A DNA stretch of 64,000 bases from an uncultured delta proteobacterium (GTDB lineage Bacteria > Myxococcota_A > Polyangia > Fen-1088): positions 1,024,001 to 1,088,000 of the forward strand of contig CAVYGB010000002.1 of assembly GCA_963767925.1 (NCBI GenBank). The letters are read 5' to 3'. Below the pieces are notes generated by a model, which saw only the letters and a program-made list of their open reading frames with translations, was not told the DNA's origin and did no database searches. The translations under genes were made by a program, and so were the position numbers. How positions within the stretch are numbered: the first letter of the stretch is position 1; each line of letters opens with the position of its first letter. Shown piece after piece: positions 30,241-40,204 of the stretch.

Positions 30241-31003
30241 ATGGCAAAGATCGACGAGCTGCGCGGCCGCATCGCCGGCCTGCGGAGCGAGCTCGAGGAC
30301 AAGCTGGCCGCCCTCGTCGAGATCCCCTCGGTCAGCATGGAGCCCGCCCGCCGCCCCGAGATGAACCGCTGCGCGGAGCTGGCCGAGAGCTACCTGCGCG
30401 AGCTCGGCGCCCAGGTCGTCCGCATCGACACGCCCGGCTGCCCGCTGGTGATCGGCCGGCTCGAGCGCGACCCGTCGCTACCGACCGTCACCGTCTACAA
30501 CCACCTCGACGTGCAGCCGGCCGACCCGGCCGAGTGGAAGAGCCCTCCCTTCACCTTCACCCGCGACGGCGACCGCTGGTTTGGCCGCGGCACCACCGAC
30601 GACAAGGGCCCCGCCCTCACCGCGATGTACGGCGCCTGGCTGGCCGCCCAGGACACTCTGCCGATCAACATCCAGTTCCTGTGGGAGCTGGAAGAGGAGA
30701 TCGGCAGCCCCAACTTCGAGGCCGGGCTGCTCTCGGCCCAGGCCCAGGGCTTCACCACCGACTCGGTCGTCGTCTCCGACACGATCTGGCTGTCGGCCGG
30801 TGCTGACCATGCGCCGGCTGCTCGCGGCGCCGATCGTTTTCATGGGCCTGTCGCTGCCCGAACACGGCTACCATGCGGTCGACGAGAACCACGACTGGGA
30901 CCAGGCGTCGGCCGGAGTGGCCATGTTTTACCGGTACTTCCAGGAACTGGGGAATATCGGAACGGTTGCGAAGGCCAGAGCACGCGGTAAGCTGAAGTCA
31001 TGA
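30241..31003 (+). pseudogene. M20 family dipeptidase with large internal deletion and frameshift
   Basis: N-terminal YNHLDVQP, GRGTTDDKG, EEEIGS and SDT are joined at about 30800 to C-terminal GYHAVDEN in another frame; the central domain is absent. Confidence 0.75.
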
Positions 31004-31501
31004 ACGCCGCAAGCAGTCAGGCCCCCGCGCCGCTCACCAGCGCGACGGCGCTCAAGATCGTCGCTTCCGTGGTCGCCGTGCTCGGCGCCGTCGGAGCCCT
31101 GTTCTACTTATTCGGCCGTTCCTGGGATGGAGTACTACAAGTACGTCGATGAGGTGATGTCGAACCCGTCCACCATGAAGGGCAAGCGCCTGAAGGTGCA
31201 CGGCTACGTGGTCGAGGGCTCGATCATGAAGAAGCGCGACTCGCTCGACTACAAGTTCAAGCTGCAGACCCGCGCCCCGCGCAGCCCCGCCCTCATCGAG
31301 GCGGAGTACCGCGGCCTGGTCCCCGACAACTTCAAGCCTGGCGCCGAGGTGGTCGCCAAGGGCACACTGACCGCCGACAACCGGTTGATGGTGGTCAAAG
31401 ATGGCATCGACGCGAAGTGCCCTTCGAAGTACGAGGCCGGCCCGGGCAAGCTCGACCCCAAGGCCGCCGGGCCCGTCCTCGGCAAGACCGCGCAGAACTG
31501 A
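31000..31501 (+). CDS. ccmE: Cytochrome c maturation protein CcmE (CxxxY variant); apparent frameshift near 31110
   Basis: YYKYVDE, YRGLVPDNFK, EVVAKG and AKCPSKY; the N-terminal TM anchor from ATG 31000 is in a different frame. Confidence 0.85.
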
Positions 31502-32700
31502 CCGCCCCGCGCTCGGCTGGGCCCGGCGCGCCCTCGCGCTGTTCGCCGCCACCGCCGCCGCCAGCGGGGCCCAGGCTCAGGCCGACGCCGTGTCGCCGCG
31601 GGCGCTGCGGCTGCACCGCTCGGCGCTGGTGCTCGACACGCACATCGATACGCCCCAGCGCATCCTGATCGAGAAGGTCGACATCGGCCGCCGCCTGCCC
31701 GATGGCCACCTCGACATCCCCCGCATGCGCGAGGGCGGGCTGGACGCCCTGTTCTTCTCGGTCTGGATCGATTCGCCCTTCGAGGGCGGGGCCGCGGTCA
31801 AGCGCACGCTCCAGCTCATCGACGCCATCGACCGGACCATCGCCGCCCACCCGGAGGACCTGGCCCTGGCCACCGGCGCCGGCGAGGTCGAGCGGGCGGT
31901 GCGCGCCGGGAAGATCGCCGCCCTCATGGGCATCGAGGGCGGCCACGCCATCGCCGACGATCTGGCGATGCTGCGCCTCTACCGGAAGCTGGGGGTCAGC
32001 TACATGACCCTCACCTGGGCCAACCCCACCCGCTGGGCCGACTCCTCGGGCAAGGAGAACCGGGACCGGGTGCAGGCGCCCGACGGGCTCAGCGACTTCG
32101 GCCGCGAGGTGGTGCGGGAGATGAACCGGGTCGGCATGATCGTCGACATCTCCCACGTCTCGGACAAGACGTTTCACGACGTGCTCGCCGTGAGCAAGCA
32201 CCCGGTGATCGCCTCGCACTCCTCCTGCCGGGCCCTCGCCGACACGCCCCGCAACATGACCGATGACATGATCCGGGCGCTGGCCCGCAACGGCGGGGTC
32301 ATCGGCATCAACTACGGCTCGAGCTTCCTCGACGCCGACTACCGCAAGCGCAACGAAGCCGCCCGCAAGCCCCCGCCCCCCGGCGCCCCCACCGACCCCG
32401 AGGCCCTCGCCACCTGGCGCTACGCAGAAGCTGTTCCAGGCCGGCTCCGGAGTGGAGCCGCCGCCCCTGTCCCGCCTGATCGACCACATCGACCACGCCG
32501 CCAAGGTCGCCGGCGTCGACCACGTCGGCCTCGGCTCCGACTTCGACGGCGTCCCCAGCCTCCCCAAGGGAATGGAAGACGTCTCCCGCCTCCCCCACAT
32601 CACCGAAGCCCTCCTCGCCCGCGGCTACACCGAAAAAGACATCCGCAAGATCCTCGGCGCCAACTTCCTCCGCGTCCTCCGCACCGTCACCGGCAGATAG
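31498..32700 (+). CDS. Membrane dipeptidase (M19), frameshift near 32430
   Basis: DTHID, GIEGGH, DISHVS and ASHS in one frame; HVGLGSDFDG and ILGANFLR in another. Start unclear. Confidence 0.85.
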
Positions 32701-32724
32701 CCGCCTGGCGCCAGGCCGACATGC

Positions 32725-32756
32725 ATGTGCATGATCTTTGGCATTCACATGCACAT
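32725..32756. promoter_or_regulatory. Inverted repeat, putative TA operator
   Basis: ATGTGCATG-N14-CATGCACAT immediately upstream of the antitoxin gene. Confidence 0.6.
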
Positions 32757-32772
32757 CGGCTAGATTTGACGG

Positions 32773-33012
32773 ATGCGAACGACCATCGAGCTGACCGATC
32801 GTCAGAGGGCGAAGCTGCTCGAGCTGGCCGCGCAGCGAAGGGAAAAGGGATTTTCGACCCTGGTTCAGGAGGCCGTAGATCGTTATCTCGCAGAGGAGGA
32901 GTCGAAATCGGCCCGGGTCGCATCCGCGCTGGCCCTGGAGGGAAGCTTCGAGCCCGAGCAGGCGGATGCCCTCGAGGAGTCGGTCCATCGGATGCGGAGT
33001 AGCTGGCGATGA
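32773..33012 (+). CDS. vapB: Type II antitoxin, VapB-like (RHH)
   Basis: MRTTIEL beta-strand followed by helices; overlaps the PIN toxin gene. Confidence 0.75.
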   Translation: MRTTIELTDRQRAKLLELAAQRREKGFSTLVQEAVDRYLAEEESKSARVASALALEGSFEPEQADALEESVHRMRSSWR

Positions 33013-33398
33013 TGCTGGCGGACTCCGACCTGCTCATCGATTTCCTGCGCGGGCGGGAGCCGGGGCTCTCTCGAATGCGGATCGAGATCGGGACCGGGCG
33101 ACTGGCAACGACCGCCATCAGTGCGTTCGAGCTCCTGAGCGGCGCCCGAACCGACCGCGAGAGAGAGAGCGTGTCGACCTTGCTTGCTGCTCTCCAGGTG
33201 ATTCCCCTGGATGCCCCTGCCGCGGCTCTGGCCGCCGAGACGCGCCAATCTCTCGAGCAGAAGGGCGCGGGAATTGGTCTCGCCGACTATCTCATCGCCG
33301 GAGTGTGCCTGTCGCGGTCGGCGATCTTGTTGACCCGGAACCGGGCTCATTTCGAACGGGTGCCGGGCCTGAAGCTCGGAATGTCGACGCCCGGCTGA
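33009..33398 (+). CDS. vapC: Type II toxin, VapC PIN domain
   Basis: DSDLLIDFLR, FELL, DYLIA and TRNRAHFERVPGL. Confidence 0.9.
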   Translation: MMLADSDLLIDFLRGREPGLSRMRIEIGTGRLATTAISAFELLSGARTDRERESVSTLLAALQVIPLDAPAAALAAETRQSLEQKGAGIGLADYLIAGVCLSRSAILLTRNRAHFERVPGLKLGMSTPG

Positions 33399-33425
33399 AG
33401 TCGGAATGTCGACGCCCGGCTGAAG
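33376..33425. repeat. 25-bp perfect tandem duplication spanning the vapC stop
   Basis: TCGGAATGTCGACGCCCGGCTGAAG twice. Confidence 0.9.
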
Positions 33426-33448
33426 GCGGTCGGGGCGAGGGGCGGGGG

Positions 33449-34961
33449 TCAGATGTAGCGGAGGCCGTCGATGACGCGGAGGCGGCTGGCGCGGAGGGCG
33501 GGATAGATGGTGGCCAGGACGCAGATGAGCTGGGTGGCGGCGGCGACGAAGAGCACCTCGCCCAGGGAGATCTCCACGGGCAGCTCGGCGATCAGGTAGA
33601 CCTTGGGATCGAGCGGGTAGCCGTAGAGCGAGGCCAGGCCACAGACGGCCAGGCCGTAGAGCAGGCCGAGGCCCACCCCGACGAAGCCGACCAGGCTGCC
33701 TGCCACCAGGAACAGGCGCAAAAGGCCGCTCTTGCGCGCGCCCATGGCGCCCAGGATGGCCATCTCGCGCACCTTGGACAGGACGATCATGGTCAGCGAG
33801 GCGATGATGTTGAACGCCGCCACGATGATGATGATCATCAGGAACAGGGCGATGATCAGCTTCTGCATCATCAGCGCCCGGAACAGGTTGTGGTTGAGGG
33901 TCTCCCAGTCGACGATGCGCGGCTCGTAGCCCAGGCGGGCGACGACCTCGGGCTCCGACCTCCAGCGCCCGGCTGGCCCGGTGAAAGCGCAGCTCGACCC
34001 CGAACAGGGTCAGGCGCGAGCCGCCGCGATGTGGCGAGCGTCGGCCAGCCCGGTGTAGGCCAGGCGGGTGTCGTACTCGTGAAAGCCGAGGCGAAACGTC
34101 CCGACCACCTGGAACGAGATACGACGCCGGCTCGGCGTCGGGGTCCTCGCCGGCGAAGGGGACCAGCACGGCGATGCAGTCGCCCAGCTTGGCCCGAAGG
34201 CGTGCGCGCCAGCTCGGCCCCCAGCACGATGCGCCCCACCCAGCCCCCGGTGGGCCCGTCGGTGTCGCGGGCCCAGGCCGGGCCGGTCGAGCACGTGCGC
34301 CGGCTTCTCGAGGTCCTCGACCTTGCCGGCGATGAGCGCGCGGCGCAGGTCCTCGCTGCCGGCCCCGACGTCGACCCCTTTGAGGTTGGCGCCCACCTTG
34401 CCGATCATGACCTCGCCGGCCGAGAGGCTGAACTTGGCCATCTGCTTGAGGCCGGGCAGGCCCTTCAGCTTCTTCATGTATTCGTCGGCCACCCGCTCGC
34501 GCTCCTCCAGGCCGGGCTCGCCGTAGCTCATCACCAGCATGTGGGCGTTGACCGCGAGGACCTTGTCCTCGAACTCACGCTCGAAGCCGGAGGTCACGGC
34601 CAGGACGACCACCAGCGACGCCACCCCCAGCACCAGGCCCATGGTCGAGACCGTGGTGAACACGGAGAACACGCGCAGCAGGGCGAACAGCAGCAGCCCG
34701 AGCCCGCCCAGCAGGGTCAACATCACGCCGAGCGTCTCCAGCTCGCGCGAGTGGCCGCGGCCCCCGAACAGCGCCGCCAGGCCCGCCGCCGTCATCAGCG
34801 CCGTGATCAGCAAGCCCGGCGCGCGCGGCCTGCGATCGGCGGGCGCGCAGCAGGTAGCGCAGCCCCACGAAGCGCTCGAACCGGAAGCCAAGGAACAGGA
34901 CGAGGCTCAGGCCCAGCGCCAGGAGGCCCGAGCCAAGGACGATGCCGACCGCGGTGAGCAA
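33449..34961 (-). CDS. LolC/E-type ABC transporter permease (FtsX family), multiple frameshifts
   Basis: GVASLVVVLAVTSGF, IIIVAAFNIIASL, AILGAMGA and ATIYPALRAS, spread over several frames. Confidence 0.85.
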
Positions 34962-35397
34962 GGCTCGGGGAAGCTAGAGGACGCGTGCCCGGGGGTCAAA
35001 CCCCCGACGAAACCTGGCCGCAGCCAATGCAGCGGCCACCCCGTGCCTGCGACACGGGAGCCCTGCCGGCGGGCGCCCCCTTTGCCCGCCGGATGGTGTC
35101 GGTGCGGCGGTCGTCATCTCGGGCCCGCTCCTGCCAGAACCGCAGACATGTCTGCGGCTCTGGGCAGGGGTGCGGCAACCACGCGGGCTCGCCCGGGCGG
35201 GACGCATCCGATAGCGGCAGAGGCTCTGGTGCGACCTTCCCCTCCCCCTACCGAACCGACAGTGCCACCGACCGCGGCGGATTCCCCTGCGCAGCGACCC
35301 CGACATCCGCACCTTCGGTGCGACCTCGGAGGGTGCGCGCAGATCCGGCGAGCTCTTTGCGGGATTGCCCGGGGCGAGCGTCGACCCTCGGCTCCGA

Positions 35398-35649
35398 TTA
35401 CTGCGCTGGCAGACCGTTGCGGATGATCCGCCGCAGGCCTTCGATGGAGAGGCGCGGGCCGCGCTTTTCTTCCTCGAAGATGATCTGAGCCATCGTGGCG
35501 GCGGTCAGATCCTGCTGAGTGGTCTTGTCGATCACCCGGATTTCATCGCCGTTACGAATAAGCCCTGCGATTTGCTGAAGCGTCACATAACGGCTGTCCG
35601 TCGTGTCGTACAGCTTGCGGTTCGAGTACCTCTTGATCGTGCGCACCAT
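35398..35649 (-). CDS. PHA synthesis regulator DNA-binding domain protein (PhaR N-terminal domain only)
   Basis: IKRYSNRKLYDT..SRYVTL..I...G..I.VID..T..DLT...MAQII. Confidence 0.88.
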   Translation of the reverse strand: MVRTIKRYSNRKLYDTTDSRYVTLQQIAGLIRNGDEIRVIDKTTQQDLTAATMAQIIFEEEKRGPRLSIEGLRRIIRNGLPAQ

Positions 35650-35818
35650 GCCGTTAATCATTAACCATCTTGCTATTTGCGTCAAGATGTAACTTGACAC
35701 ACACGGTGTGCGCAGTAATTCCCGAGCAACTACGCTGAGTTCGACTGGCTGCGGTGCGTAAAACGCGCCCGCCACGCGTGACGTAGCGGGCTTGTCGGTT
35801 GCGCGTGCTCAGTGCGGC

Positions 35819-36055
35819 TCAGCCGCTCGTCTTGGTGCTCTTCTCGACGGTCGGGGTGGCGGCTGGCGTGTCGTTCTCGGAGATCTCGCCCTTCTTGGGG
35901 GACACGTCGATCTCGTTCTGGTTGGTTACCGCCCGCTTGAAGTTCTTGATCGCGCGCCCGAGGCCGTCGCCAAGCTGGGGAAGCTTCGTCGATCCGAAGA
36001 CAACGACGATGATCAGAAGGACGATGATGAGCTCACTGAATCCCAGATTGGGCAT
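35819..36055 (-). CDS. tatA: Twin-arginine translocase TatA/TatE
   Basis: ELIIVLLIIVVVFGSTKLPQLGDGLGRAIKNFK. Confidence 0.93.
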   Translation of the reverse strand: MPNLGFSELIIVLLIIVVVFGSTKLPQLGDGLGRAIKNFKRAVTNQNEIDVSPKKGEISENDTPAATPTVEKSTKTSG

Positions 36056-36231
36056 AGGACCCTCCGCGCGTCGGACTTATAGCACCCACCCTGGAGGTGG
36101 GCAAACGTGGCTGTCGGCTGAATGGATGAAGATAGCGACAGGCAAAACCCCTGCGTTCAACGCGGTTTAGCCCGGAAAACCGGCGCCCGCCTGGGTTTTG
36201 TTGCGCTCTCTCGCGGGTTCGATACGATCGT

Positions 36232-38391
36232 GTGTTCATGGCTAGGGCGGCTGCCACCCCCCCTGCACCCGCGGCTCGGGGCCCCGCTCGCGTGGTCACC
36301 GGCATGCCGCGGGCGTGCATGTCGTGGCTCGCGAGGGCGCTGCTCCTGCTGGTCGCCGCGAGCCACGGCCCAGCCCAGGCCGCCAACGAGGCCTCACGCC
36401 CGCCGATCGAGCTTGCCCCAAGCGCAGCCGAGCGCAAGGCCGTACGCGGCAGCTGGGCGCCCGAGCCGTTCGCCACCTGGGAGATGCGCGAGCTCGAGGG
36501 GTATGAACGGACGACGTTCACCCGCGCCGCCATGGCCCGCCTGCGCGTCGCGCGGGGAGACCAGGACGGCGTCTTGCCACCCGGGTTCACCGGGAGCTGG
36601 CAGGGTACCGGCGACGACAGCACCGCCGCTGAAGGTGCCGCGCCGGCAGCGGCCGCGACCGGCGCCGCCGCGGTGGCCACTCCGGCGGCGACCGCGCTGG
36701 CCGATCCCGACCTCGAGATGAGGTGGGACGCCGAGGTGGGCAAATACATCGAATACCTGACGAAAGACGCCAAGGGCCGGTCGGTCATGGCCAGCCTCCT
36801 GCGGCGCAAGGCCCGGCGCGAGCCGGCCATCGCGGCGGTGCTGGCCCGCGAGAACGTGCCGCGCGACCTCATCTATGTGGGGCTGGCCGAGAGCGCCCTC
36901 GACCCGCGGGCCCAGTGGGGCGACGGGACCTCGGGCCCCTGGCGCCTGTCGCTCGAGGCGGCGCGCGCCCAGGAGCTGGAGGTTGGCTTCTGGGTGGACG
37001 GCCGGCGCGAGCCGGAGCTGGCGGCGACGGCGGCGGCCCGGCGCCTGCGGGATCTGCACGTCCGTTTCGGATCCTGGCCCCTGGCCCTGGCGGCGCACCG
37101 GGTGGGCCCCGAAGCGGTGACGGAGCTTGTCGCCCGGCTGCAGACCAACGACTACGAGGAGCTGCGCGATCGGCGCGACGGCCTGTCGCGGGAGGCGCTG
37201 CTGTTCGTGGCGCGCGTGATGGCGACCGCCCTGATCGGCCGCAACCTTGCGGCCTTCGGGTTCGATGAGGGGGACAAGGACGCGGCGGACACCTCCGAAC
37301 GGGTGAGCGCCCGGGCGGGGACGACGCTGGCCACTCTGGCGCGCGCGGCCTCGGTCGGGGTGGAGGCGCTGCGCGCGCTCAATCCGGAGCTGGTGCGGGA
37401 TCGGACGCCGCCCGACCGGGAGACCTACCCCCTGCGGGTGCCGCCCGGGACCGGGCGCATGGTGACGCTGGGGCTGGCCCAGGAGCTGACCCCGGCCGAC
37501 GAGGTGATCACCCACTTTCTCCGGGTGGGTGAGTCGCTCGACGACCTGGCGGGGCGTCACGGGATCTCGAGCCGGGAGCTACGGAAGCTCAACGGCGTGC
37601 GCAACGCCTCCGAGCTGCGGGGCGGGGTGACGGTCCTGCTGCCCACCCGGGCGGGGGCGCGCGGTCGACCGGCTCGGACGGCCAGCGAAGAGGCGCCGAT
37701 GCTTGTGGCGGTCCCCAAGCAGGAGTTCAGCTACCCCGACCGCGAGCGGGTGTTCTACCGGGTCTGCGACGGCGACACGGTCGACGAGCTGGCGGCGGTG
37801 TTCAAGCTGGGCGCCCCGGAGATCGTGGCCTGGAACAACCTCGACCCCGGCGCGCGGCTGCACGCCGGGATGGTGCTGCAGCTCTTCGTGAGCGCGGAGA
37901 TCGACCGCTCGGCGCTGGCCCTGCTCGACCCCGATTCGCTGCGGGTCGTGAACATCGGCTCGGAGGAGTTCCACGACATCGAGACGGCGATGCGGGGCAA
38001 GACCCGCCTGGAGTACACCGCCCGGGCCGGCGACACGCTCAACAAGATCGCCCGCCGCTACGGCCTGGCCAGCGGCGACCTGGCGCGCATCAACCGCTTC
38101 TCCTGGAACAACGAGCTCAGCGCCGGGCAGAAAGTGATCGTTTATTCGCCCCGCTCCGGGTTGCCGCGCGAGCTGGCCGTCGGCCGCACCGCCGCCGTCC
38201 CCAAGCGCCCCGGCACCCCCGGTCTGAACGCCACGAAGGCCGCCTCCGCCGCCACCCGCACGACGGCCGGCAAAGGCGCCCGCGCCGGGGTGACCTTGAC
38301 TCCCGTGCGCAGCCGCGAGGCGATGGCCCCGAAAGCCGCCTCCGCCGCCACCCGCGGCCGCCCGCCCAGACCGGCCGCGCCCCGGCGGTAA
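36232..38391 (+). CDS. LysM-containing lytic transglycosylase (MltD-like)
   Basis: LIYVGLAES catalytic Glu, FGSWPLALAA, LNPEL and several LysM repeats. Start is approximate. Confidence 0.88.
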   Translation: MFMARAAATPPAPAARGPARVVTGMPRACMSWLARALLLLVAASHGPAQAANEASRPPIELAPSAAERKAVRGSWAPEPFATWEMRELEGYERTTFTRAAMARLRVARGDQDGVLPPGFTGSWQGTGDDSTAAEGAAPAAAATGAAAVATPAATALADPDLEMRWDAEVGKYIEYLTKDAKGRSVMASLLRRKARREPAIAAVLARENVPRDLIYVGLAESALDPRAQWGDGTSGPWRLSLEAARAQELEVGFWVDGRREPELAATAAARRLRDLHVRFGSWPLALAAHRVGPEAVTELVARLQTNDYEELRDRRDGLSREALLFVARVMATALIGRNLAAFGFDEGDKDAADTSERVSARAGTTLATLARAASVGVEALRALNPELVRDRTPPDRETYPLRVPPGTGRMVTLGLAQELTPADEVITHFLRVGESLDDLAGRHGISSRELRKLNGVRNASELRGGVTVLLPTRAGARGRPARTASEEAPMLVAVPKQEFSYPDRERVFYRVCDGDTVDELAAVFKLGAPEIVAWNNLDPGARLHAGMVLQLFVSAEIDRSALALLDPDSLRVVNIGSEEFHDIETAMRGKTRLEYTARAGDTLNKIARRYGLASGDLARINRFSWNNELSAGQKVIVYSPRSGLPRELAVGRTAAVPKRPGTPGLNATKAASAATRTTAGKGARAGVTLTPVRSREAMAPKAASAATRGRPPRPAAPRR

Positions 38392-38430
38392 GTGGGCTTC
38401 GATTCGAGTGGGTCTCACTGGGCGTAGCGA

Positions 38431-38525
38431 TCCCGTGCACGTCTTCCGAGCCGGGCACGGGCACGTCTGACGGGTCCCGTGCACGTTGACGGATCCGTGC
38501 ATGGGCACTGGGCGTCCCCGTGCCC
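38431..38525. repeat. CGTGCACG-rich patch related to 11854-11976
   Basis: GCACGTCTGACGG is the reverse complement of CCGTCAGACGTGC in the earlier patch. Confidence 0.55.
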
Positions 38526-38546
38526 GAGGCGACCGGAAAGCAAGGG

Positions 38547-38660
38547 GGGCAGCGGGCGTTAGCGGCGCGCGCGACCGACACTCTCCAGGCCAGTGTGGAT
38601 CCGGCGCTCCCGAGGACGGGCCCGGCCCGGGTATTTCTCGCGGGCTAGGGGACGCACCCG
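38547..38660 (+). repeat. 114-bp dispersed direct repeat, copy 1
   Basis: Matches 51387-51500 with two mismatches. Confidence 0.92.
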
Positions 38661-38748
38661 TCGGGTGGGTAGCATTCGCGAACGGGCAAAGACTCATCGC
38701 AGGAATCTTCTACGTCCGGGATGCCTCGCTTCGATCTATCATCGCCCC

Positions 38749-38985
38749 ATGCACGGCGCTCGCTTCGTCCTTCTCGCTCCCCTGCTGACCTTCGGGCCGC
38801 TGTTCATGACCGGGATGGGCGGGACGATGTTGAATGACCCTGCCTGGTCTCTCCGGGTGGGCATTCCCCTCGCCGGGGCGTTCATGACGATCTTCGGCCT
38901 GGGCTTGCTGGTTCGTATCGTCGGCCGCCAGGCATTGAGGATCGAAGAGCTCACGAACGAGCTGCGCCGTCTGACCGGGAAGTAG
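38749..38985 (+). CDS. Small two-TM hypothetical protein
   Basis: MHGARFVLLAPLL..., two hydrophobic helices and a short coiled coil. Confidence 0.55.
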   Translation: MHGARFVLLAPLLTFGPLFMTGMGGTMLNDPAWSLRVGIPLAGAFMTIFGLGLLVRIVGRQALRIEELTNELRRLTGK

Positions 38986-39053
38986 CAGATCGCGGGCACG
39001 TGCTGCCGAGGCGGGGGGAGCAGCGGACTACCCAGGGAGGGGCAGGCGGGTGG

Positions 39054-39977
39054 TCAGGCGGCCCAGGGGGGCGGGGGGGCTTCGATGGTCAGTGGGATGG
39101 CGGTCAGGGGGTGGGAGAACTGGATGGTGTGGGCGTGGAGGCGAAGGCTCTGGACGTCCAGGGCGGCGGCGAGCTGGCGGGTGTTGTCGTCGCTGTAGAG
39201 CGGGTCGCCGAGGACGGGCCAGCCGGCATAGGCGAGGTGGGCGCGGACCTGGTGGGGGCGGCCGCGGGTGAGGGTGGCCTGGACCAGGGTGGTGCGATCG
39301 CGGAGGGCGACGACCTTGATCGCGGTGCGGGCGGGGAGCATGCCGCGGCCGGTGCCGACGCGGACGCGATCGCCGCGCCGACCGACCCGGCCGATGGCGG
39401 CGTCGATCACCGTGTCGGTCGCGGTGCCGGCGACCTCGGCGAGGTAGGTCTTCTCGCAGCCGCCGCCGAGGGTCTCGTGCAGGGGCGTCCAGAGGCCACG
39501 CTGGCGGGCCGCGATGAGCACCCCGCTGGTGCCGACGTCGAGCCGGTGAACCAGCCCCCCTTCGCGCGGGTCGGGTGACGCCCCGGCGCACTCGGGAAAT
39601 CGCGCGACGAGCCCCGAGGCCAGCGTGCCGCGCTCGCCGGCCCGGAGCGGATGGGAAGGCATCCCCGCTGGCTTGGCCACCGCCACCAGCGCCTCGTCCT
39701 GGTACAGCACCGTCAGGACCACGCTGGCATCTGCCTCGATGGCCACCCGTTCGCCGGGAGCCGGCACGGGCGCCGCGCCCACCACCCGCACCACCTGCCC
39801 CGCCACCAGCCGCTCCCCCTTGCGCGCCACCCGCCCATCGACCCGCACCGCCGCCCCCGCCTCCGCGAGGAACCGCCGCGCCGCCGCCGCGCTGGCAAAC
39901 AGCCCCCGCCGCACGAGAAAAGCATCAACCCGCACGCCCGCCTCCCCCACCTCGACCGTCAGCTCACGCTCACTCAT
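39054..39977 (-). CDS. RluA family pseudouridine synthase with S4 domain
   Basis: KPAGM, VHRLDVGTSG, GRPHQVRAHL, GDPLY and LHA. Confidence 0.92.
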   Translation of the reverse strand: MSERELTVEVGEAGVRVDAFLVRRGLFASAAAARRFLAEAGAAVRVDGRVARKGERLVAGQVVRVVGAAPVPAPGERVAIEADASVVLTVLYQDEALVAVAKPAGMPSHPLRAGERGTLASGLVARFPECAGASPDPREGGLVHRLDVGTSGVLIAARQRGLWTPLHETLGGGCEKTYLAEVAGTATDTVIDAAIGRVGRRGDRVRVGTGRGMLPARTAIKVVALRDRTTLVQATLTRGRPHQVRAHLAYAGWPVLGDPLYSDDNTRQLAAALDVQSLRLHAHTIQFSHPLTAIPLTIEAPPPPWAA

Positions 39978-40204
39978 TGCAAATCCAGCTCTCCGCCCTT
40001 CATACAGCACAACCCCACCCCCGCCCATACCGCGACATGCTGTCGGCCAGGCCCGGGCCCGCACCAGCAGGTCGACGTGGGCGGCGATCTGCGACAGGAA
40101 CACGCGGCCCGACCGGCGGAGTTGCCGCCGCCCACCAGGTCCGCGGTCCGGGCTCGCGGCTTCGCGGCCGGGTCGTCTATAGTCGGCGCCGGTAGCCTCG
40201 CTCC

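Noticed and set aside
34974..35390. Possible riboswitch or small gene upstream of lolC/E
   Set aside because: Several GC hairpins are present, but no recognisable conserved riboswitch motif and no convincing ORF.
38547..38660. 114-bp repeat as a DGR TR/VR pair or prophage att site
   Set aside because: Only two mismatches, not adenine-specific; no RT, integrase, tRNA or phage genes present.
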